From an uncultured Methanosarcinales archaeon (GTDB lineage Archaea > Nanobdellota > Nanobdellia > Woesearchaeales > CAYMBN01): a stretch of DNA of 20,000 nucleotides. Both the position numbers and the translations under genes were made by a program. The stretch lies in NCBI GenBank assembly GCA_964388715.1, contig CAYMBN010000003.1, positions 106,322-126,321 of the forward strand, written 5' to 3'. The notes beneath the pieces are model-generated. The model saw only the letters and a program-made list of their open reading frames with translations. It was not told where the DNA came from and made no database searches. Below, piece after piece: positions 16,283 to 20,000 of this stretch; position 1 is the stretch's first letter; every line of letters starts with the position of its first letter.

Positions 16283-16708
16283 TTATCTTCCAAGAACTTC
16301 TTCTAATTTAGTTATGACATCTTTGCCGAGTTTAAGAGAAAGGTCATCTTTACTGTCAGCCCAATAAAGACATTCACCTTCATCTGTGTGATGGATATCA
16401 CCAATCCAATCTTTTATTGCGAAAGCTAGTGCTCTGCAACCATCTTTTTCATAATAAAAGTTGCCTAGGCAGAAGTAGTTTAGTAATCTTATTCCAGTGC
16501 CATCTTCTGTTTTTATCTCTTCACGCATTTCTCTTTTTATTCCTGTGTGTACTGGTTCAAAACCTTTTTTTAGATGACCACCTGGTAAGGCAATTTGGTT
16601 TTTATAGTGTTCTTCATCATCTTTTCTTTTTTCTACGAGATATTCAAGTTTACCATCATTGAATCTATAGAAGACTCCTACTACAATTAGCTTATCTGGC
16701 GGGTTCAT
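16283..16708 (-). CDS. NUDIX hydrolase
   Basis: ALPGGHLKKGFEPVHTGIKREMREEI Nudix box (slightly variant spacing); YLVEKRK upstream. Confidence 0.88.
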   Translation of the reverse strand: MNPPDKLIVVGVFYRFNDGKLEYLVEKRKDDEEHYKNQIALPGGHLKKGFEPVHTGIKREMREEIKTEDGTGIRLLNYFCLGNFYYEKDGCRALAFAIKDWIGDIHHTDEGECLYWADSKDDLSLKLGKDVITKLEEVLGR

Positions 16709-16785
16709 ATTTAGTGGAGGTTAGTGGTAGTTAATAAATTTAATTGTGCTAAAGTTTTATAAATAAAAGCGGATTTTTAGGTTTT

Positions 16786-17433
16786 ATGAAGACATTATTC
16801 ATAGAAGGAAGGTATGAAGGAAAGATTGAGTTGCCACAGGAATTGGTTAGTCAGTTGCCGCAGAAGATTGGATTATGTACTTCTGTGCAGTTTGTTGGTT
16901 GTATTGATGATGTTAAAAAGCAATTAAAAGGGAAAGATGTTATTTTGATTAAAGGTGAGCATTGTCAGTATGATGGACAGATACTTGGTTGTAGTATTAA
17001 GAAGTTTCAGAAAGATGTTGATGCTTTTTTATACATTGGTGATGGGATGTTTCATCCAAGAGCACTAATGTTTTACAATGAGAAAGATGTTTTTGTTTTT
17101 AATCCTTTTAGTAAAACTTTTTCTAAATTAAATACAAAAGAGGTTGAAAAAATAAAAAAGAGGGTAAAGGTTGGCTTAGTTAAGTTCCATTCTTCAAAAG
17201 AGATTGGAATTATTGTAAGTACAAAGCCTGGGCAGAACCGAATGAAAGATGCAATGGAGTTGGAAAAGAGGTTTGGTGATAAAAATTTTTATTTATTTGT
17301 TTGTGATACACTTGACTTTAATCAATTGGAAAACTTTCCATTTGTTGAATGTTGGGTAAACACTGCATGTCCTCGGATAGGATTAGATGATGAAGTAAGT
17401 AAAGTAATTATTAATATTAATGATATAGAATGA
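16786..17433 (+). CDS. dph2: Diphthamide biosynthesis Dph2-family protein, short form
   Basis: GQILGC, FLYIGDGMFH, IGIIVSTKPGQ, LENFP, WVNTACPRI..DD. Confidence 0.88.
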   Translation: MKTLFIEGRYEGKIELPQELVSQLPQKIGLCTSVQFVGCIDDVKKQLKGKDVILIKGEHCQYDGQILGCSIKKFQKDVDAFLYIGDGMFHPRALMFYNEKDVFVFNPFSKTFSKLNTKEVEKIKKRVKVGLVKFHSSKEIGIIVSTKPGQNRMKDAMELEKRFGDKNFYLFVCDTLDFNQLENFPFVECWVNTACPRIGLDDEVSKVIININDIE

Positions 17434-18230
17434 TACCTCAATATTATGAACAGTATTTTAGCAGAGAAGGAATTTTAGTTCCCCTTGAAAAATTTGCTCA
17501 TGGTTTTTTTTGTGATAATAAAAAAGGGGATGTTAGTGTAAAAGGTGGAAGTTATTCTGTACCAATAAAAAGAGAATCTTTAGATTGCTTATTAATGATA
17601 CCAGAAAATAATTCAGAACAAATAGTGGTTATTCCAGACAAACAGAGTCGAGGATTTAATTTTAATTATCTTTTTGCAGATTATTTAACCCAAAGACATA
17701 TTCCTTGTTTATTAGTTCCAATGCCTTATTGTGGTGAAAGAAAAGAAGAACATCAAACAAAGTATTCAATTAAAGCCATTCAAATGTTTTTAGATGAGAC
17801 CAAATTAGTTATTGATAAATTGCAAAAAGATTTTCCTACACATAGAATTGATATATTGGGTGTTAGTTGGGGTGGGATATTAGCATGTTTAGCTGCACAG
17901 AAAGATGAAAGAATAATAAAACAAGTTTATATTATGGCTGGTGCAAATAAAAACTTACTAAAAGAAACATCTCATAGAGCTAAAGAAACCCTTGTCTATA
18001 TTAAGGAATATGATCCAAGTGAACAAGCAACTAGAAAAGATAGTGAAAATGTGTTCATGGTTAATGGTATATATGATACTGTGTTAGGGTTTAACAGTGC
18101 TGAAAAACTTAATGAAGCATTAGGTAAACCAAGAATAAAATGGATTTATACTGGTCATGTTGATCCTGGAATAATATTTTTTATTTCAGGAGTGTTAAAA
18201 TCATCTTATAAACATTTGAGGTTAGAATGA
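17430..18230 (+). CDS. Alpha/beta-fold hydrolase
   Basis: Nucleophile elbow GVSWGG, acid in NGIYDTVL, His in TGH. Confidence 0.82.
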   Translation: MIPQYYEQYFSREGILVPLEKFAHGFFCDNKKGDVSVKGGSYSVPIKRESLDCLLMIPENNSEQIVVIPDKQSRGFNFNYLFADYLTQRHIPCLLVPMPYCGERKEEHQTKYSIKAIQMFLDETKLVIDKLQKDFPTHRIDILGVSWGGILACLAAQKDERIIKQVYIMAGANKNLLKETSHRAKETLVYIKEYDPSEQATRKDSENVFMVNGIYDTVLGFNSAEKLNEALGKPRIKWIYTGHVDPGIIFFISGVLKSSYKHLRLE

Positions 18231-18970
18231 GTAAGTTAATTGTTTTTTCAACCGGGAATTATCATACTGAGAATGGTTTCACAGTAGATAAAGCAGTGAA
18301 GTTATGTAGAGATCTTCCTATTGATGGGGTTGAAATTACTTATTTAGATGATATTGAAATGTTAAACGAGAGATTAAGTCCAGAGAGTGTTGAAATTTTG
18401 AGAGGTTTTTCTCATAATACAATTCATGCTCCTATTAGAAATAAAACTACTGAGCCAGGTGAAAGTCTTAGGTTTGCTTATAAGAGAGATGATAGTTCAA
18501 CAGCAAAAGTTCTTGGTAAATTGTATTATATAGCTGGCTTAATCGGTGCAAAAAATATTAATTTTCATTATTATAATGTCATTGATCCTACTGTTTTTTC
18601 TGAAGATATTTCTCTTACAATTGAAAATACAATTTTGAAAAAAGGAAGCATTGATATTTTTAAAAGAAAACTAGATGAGTTAGAAAGATTTAATTTTCTT
18701 CTTGATGTGACACATGCAAAGAATGAGGTTCAGAAATATATTGATTTGATTGGAGCAAAGAATATAAAATATGTTCATTTAAGTCATTATGATGAAAGTA
18801 AGGATAAGAAAACGCATAGGTTTATGCATACTGCTGATGACGAAACACTTAAAAAGATTAAACCTATCAAAAGTCTTGATGCTGTTATTGTGATCGAATC
18901 ACACCTTTTAACAGCAGATGTTAAGTTAATGAAAAAAGAGATTGAGTTTGTTAGAGGATGGTTAGGATGA
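18227..18970 (+). CDS. Xylose isomerase-like/endonuclease IV-type TIM-barrel metalloenzyme
   Basis: DGVEI, TIHAP, INFH, LTIEN, LLDVTHA, YVHLS, VIVIES metal-ligand pattern. Confidence 0.8.
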   Translation: MSKLIVFSTGNYHTENGFTVDKAVKLCRDLPIDGVEITYLDDIEMLNERLSPESVEILRGFSHNTIHAPIRNKTTEPGESLRFAYKRDDSSTAKVLGKLYYIAGLIGAKNINFHYYNVIDPTVFSEDISLTIENTILKKGSIDIFKRKLDELERFNFLLDVTHAKNEVQKYIDLIGAKNIKYVHLSHYDESKDKKTHRFMHTADDETLKKIKPIKSLDAVIVIESHLLTADVKLMKKEIEFVRGWLG

Positions 18971-20000
18971 AACCAAAACTATTGTCACCTGCTGGAGATT
19001 GGGTAAGTTTAAGGGCTGCGATTAGTTCTGGAGCTGATGCTGTTTATTTTGGAGTGAAGAGTCTTAATATGCGAGCTGGTGCAAAGAATTTTGAGTTAGG
19101 TGAGTTAGGAAAAGTTGTTTCTTTGTGTCATAAGAAAAAGGTTAAAGCTTATCTTTGCATTAATACAATTGTTTATGAGAATGAGATTTCTAAATTGGTG
19201 AAGTTGTTGAAGGAAGCAAAAAGGTGTAAGGTTGATGCTGTTATTTGTTGGGATTTTGCTGTGATTGGGTTATGTGAGAAGTTAAAAATTCCTATTCATG
19301 TTTCAACGCAAGCTTCAATTAGTAGTTTTGAATCGTTGCGGGTTTTGTGTAATAAGTTTAAGATGATTGAAAGTGTTAATTTAGCAAGAGAGTTAAGTTT
19401 AGAACAAATTAAAAAGATTGTTAAGAAGAGTAAGGTTAAGATTGAAACTTTTGTTCATGGTGCAATGTGTGTTTCTGTTTCAGGAAGATGTTTTTTAAGT
19501 CAAGAAGTTTTTGGAAAATCTGCAAATCGAGGAGAATGTTTACAGCCGTGTCGTAGAAAGTATATTGTTAAAGATATTGAAGAAAAACATGAGTTTTTAT
19601 TAGGGAAAGATTATGTTTTGAGTCCCAAGGATTTGTGTGCATTGCCTGTTCTTGATAAATTAGTTGAGAGTGGTGTGAATGTTTTTAAGATTGAAGGCAG
19701 AAATAGAAGTCCTGAATATGTTAAAGTTGTTACTTCTGTTTATAGAAAAGTTATTGATTCGAAGAAGTTAAGTAAAAAAATAATTGATAATGGTTTAAAG
19801 AAATTGAAGACTGTTTACAATCGTGGATTTCATACTGGTTTTTATTTAGGAATTCCTACAAATGATGATTTTACTAAAGCATATGGTTCTGTTGCAACAA
19901 AACAAAAACAATATGTTGGTTTTGTAAAGAATTTCTATAAGAAGGTTAAGGTTGCAGAAATTAAGATTGAGACAGGTAGTTTGAAGGTTGGTGATACTGT
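18967..20000 (+). CDS. U32 peptidase-family Fe-S protein (TrhP/RlhA-like RNA hydroxylation family), 3'-truncated by the window edge; absent from the ORF track
   Basis: Manual translation MKPKLLSPAGD...GADAVYFG, HVSTQAS, LARELSL, ETFVHGAMCVSVSGRCFLS...ANRGECLQPCR, LSPKDL, FKIEGR. Confidence 0.93.
   Translation, partial: MKPKLLSPAGDWVSLRAAISSGADAVYFGVKSLNMRAGAKNFELGELGKVVSLCHKKKVKAYLCINTIVYENEISKLVKLLKEAKRCKVDAVICWDFAVIGLCEKLKIPIHVSTQASISSFESLRVLCNKFKMIESVNLARELSLEQIKKIVKKSKVKIETFVHGAMCVSVSGRCFLSQEVFGKSANRGECLQPCRRKYIVKDIEEKHEFLLGKDYVLSPKDLCALPVLDKLVESGVNVFKIEGRNRSPEYVKVVTSVYRKVIDSKKLSKKIIDNGLKKLKTVYNRGFHTGFYLGIPTNDDFTKAYGSVATKQKQYVGFVKNFYKKVKVAEIKIETGSLKVGDT

Noticed and set aside
16061..16367. 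81-aa and 72-aa ORFs
   Set aside because: They overlap tRNA-Glu and the structured RNA
7597..16662. Other short antisense ORFs within rps8e, the PolB-like gene, serS, tfb and the Nudix gene
   Set aside because: Overlap well-supported genes on the opposite strand and have no motifs

Overview
AT-rich archaeal chromosomal segment. Gene content (aIF2-alpha/Nop10, L37e, Sm, S8e, TFB, Dph2, Methanococcus-type S-layer, intron-containing tRNAs) suggests a DPANN lineage such as Woesearchaeota; the lineage call is inference. Most genes are housekeeping. Unusual items: (1) a ~2.9-kb near-identical tandem duplication of the S-layer gene with its promoter region and terminator; (2) a 1071-aa family-B DNA polymerase derivative with all polymerase catalytic motifs eroded, large insertions and a tightly coupled unknown partner gene; (3) tRNA-Glu(TTC) with an intron in the T-loop (59/60), preceded by an unexplained structured, possibly pseudoknotted small RNA; (4) tRNA-Leu(TAG) with a canonical-position intron and a 26-bp duplication of its 3' end flanking a 109-bp hairpin-rich mini-element; (5) an N-terminally truncated Dph2; (6) a YhhQ-type queuosine-precursor transporter. 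All family calls come from motif recognition by eye, not database searches.
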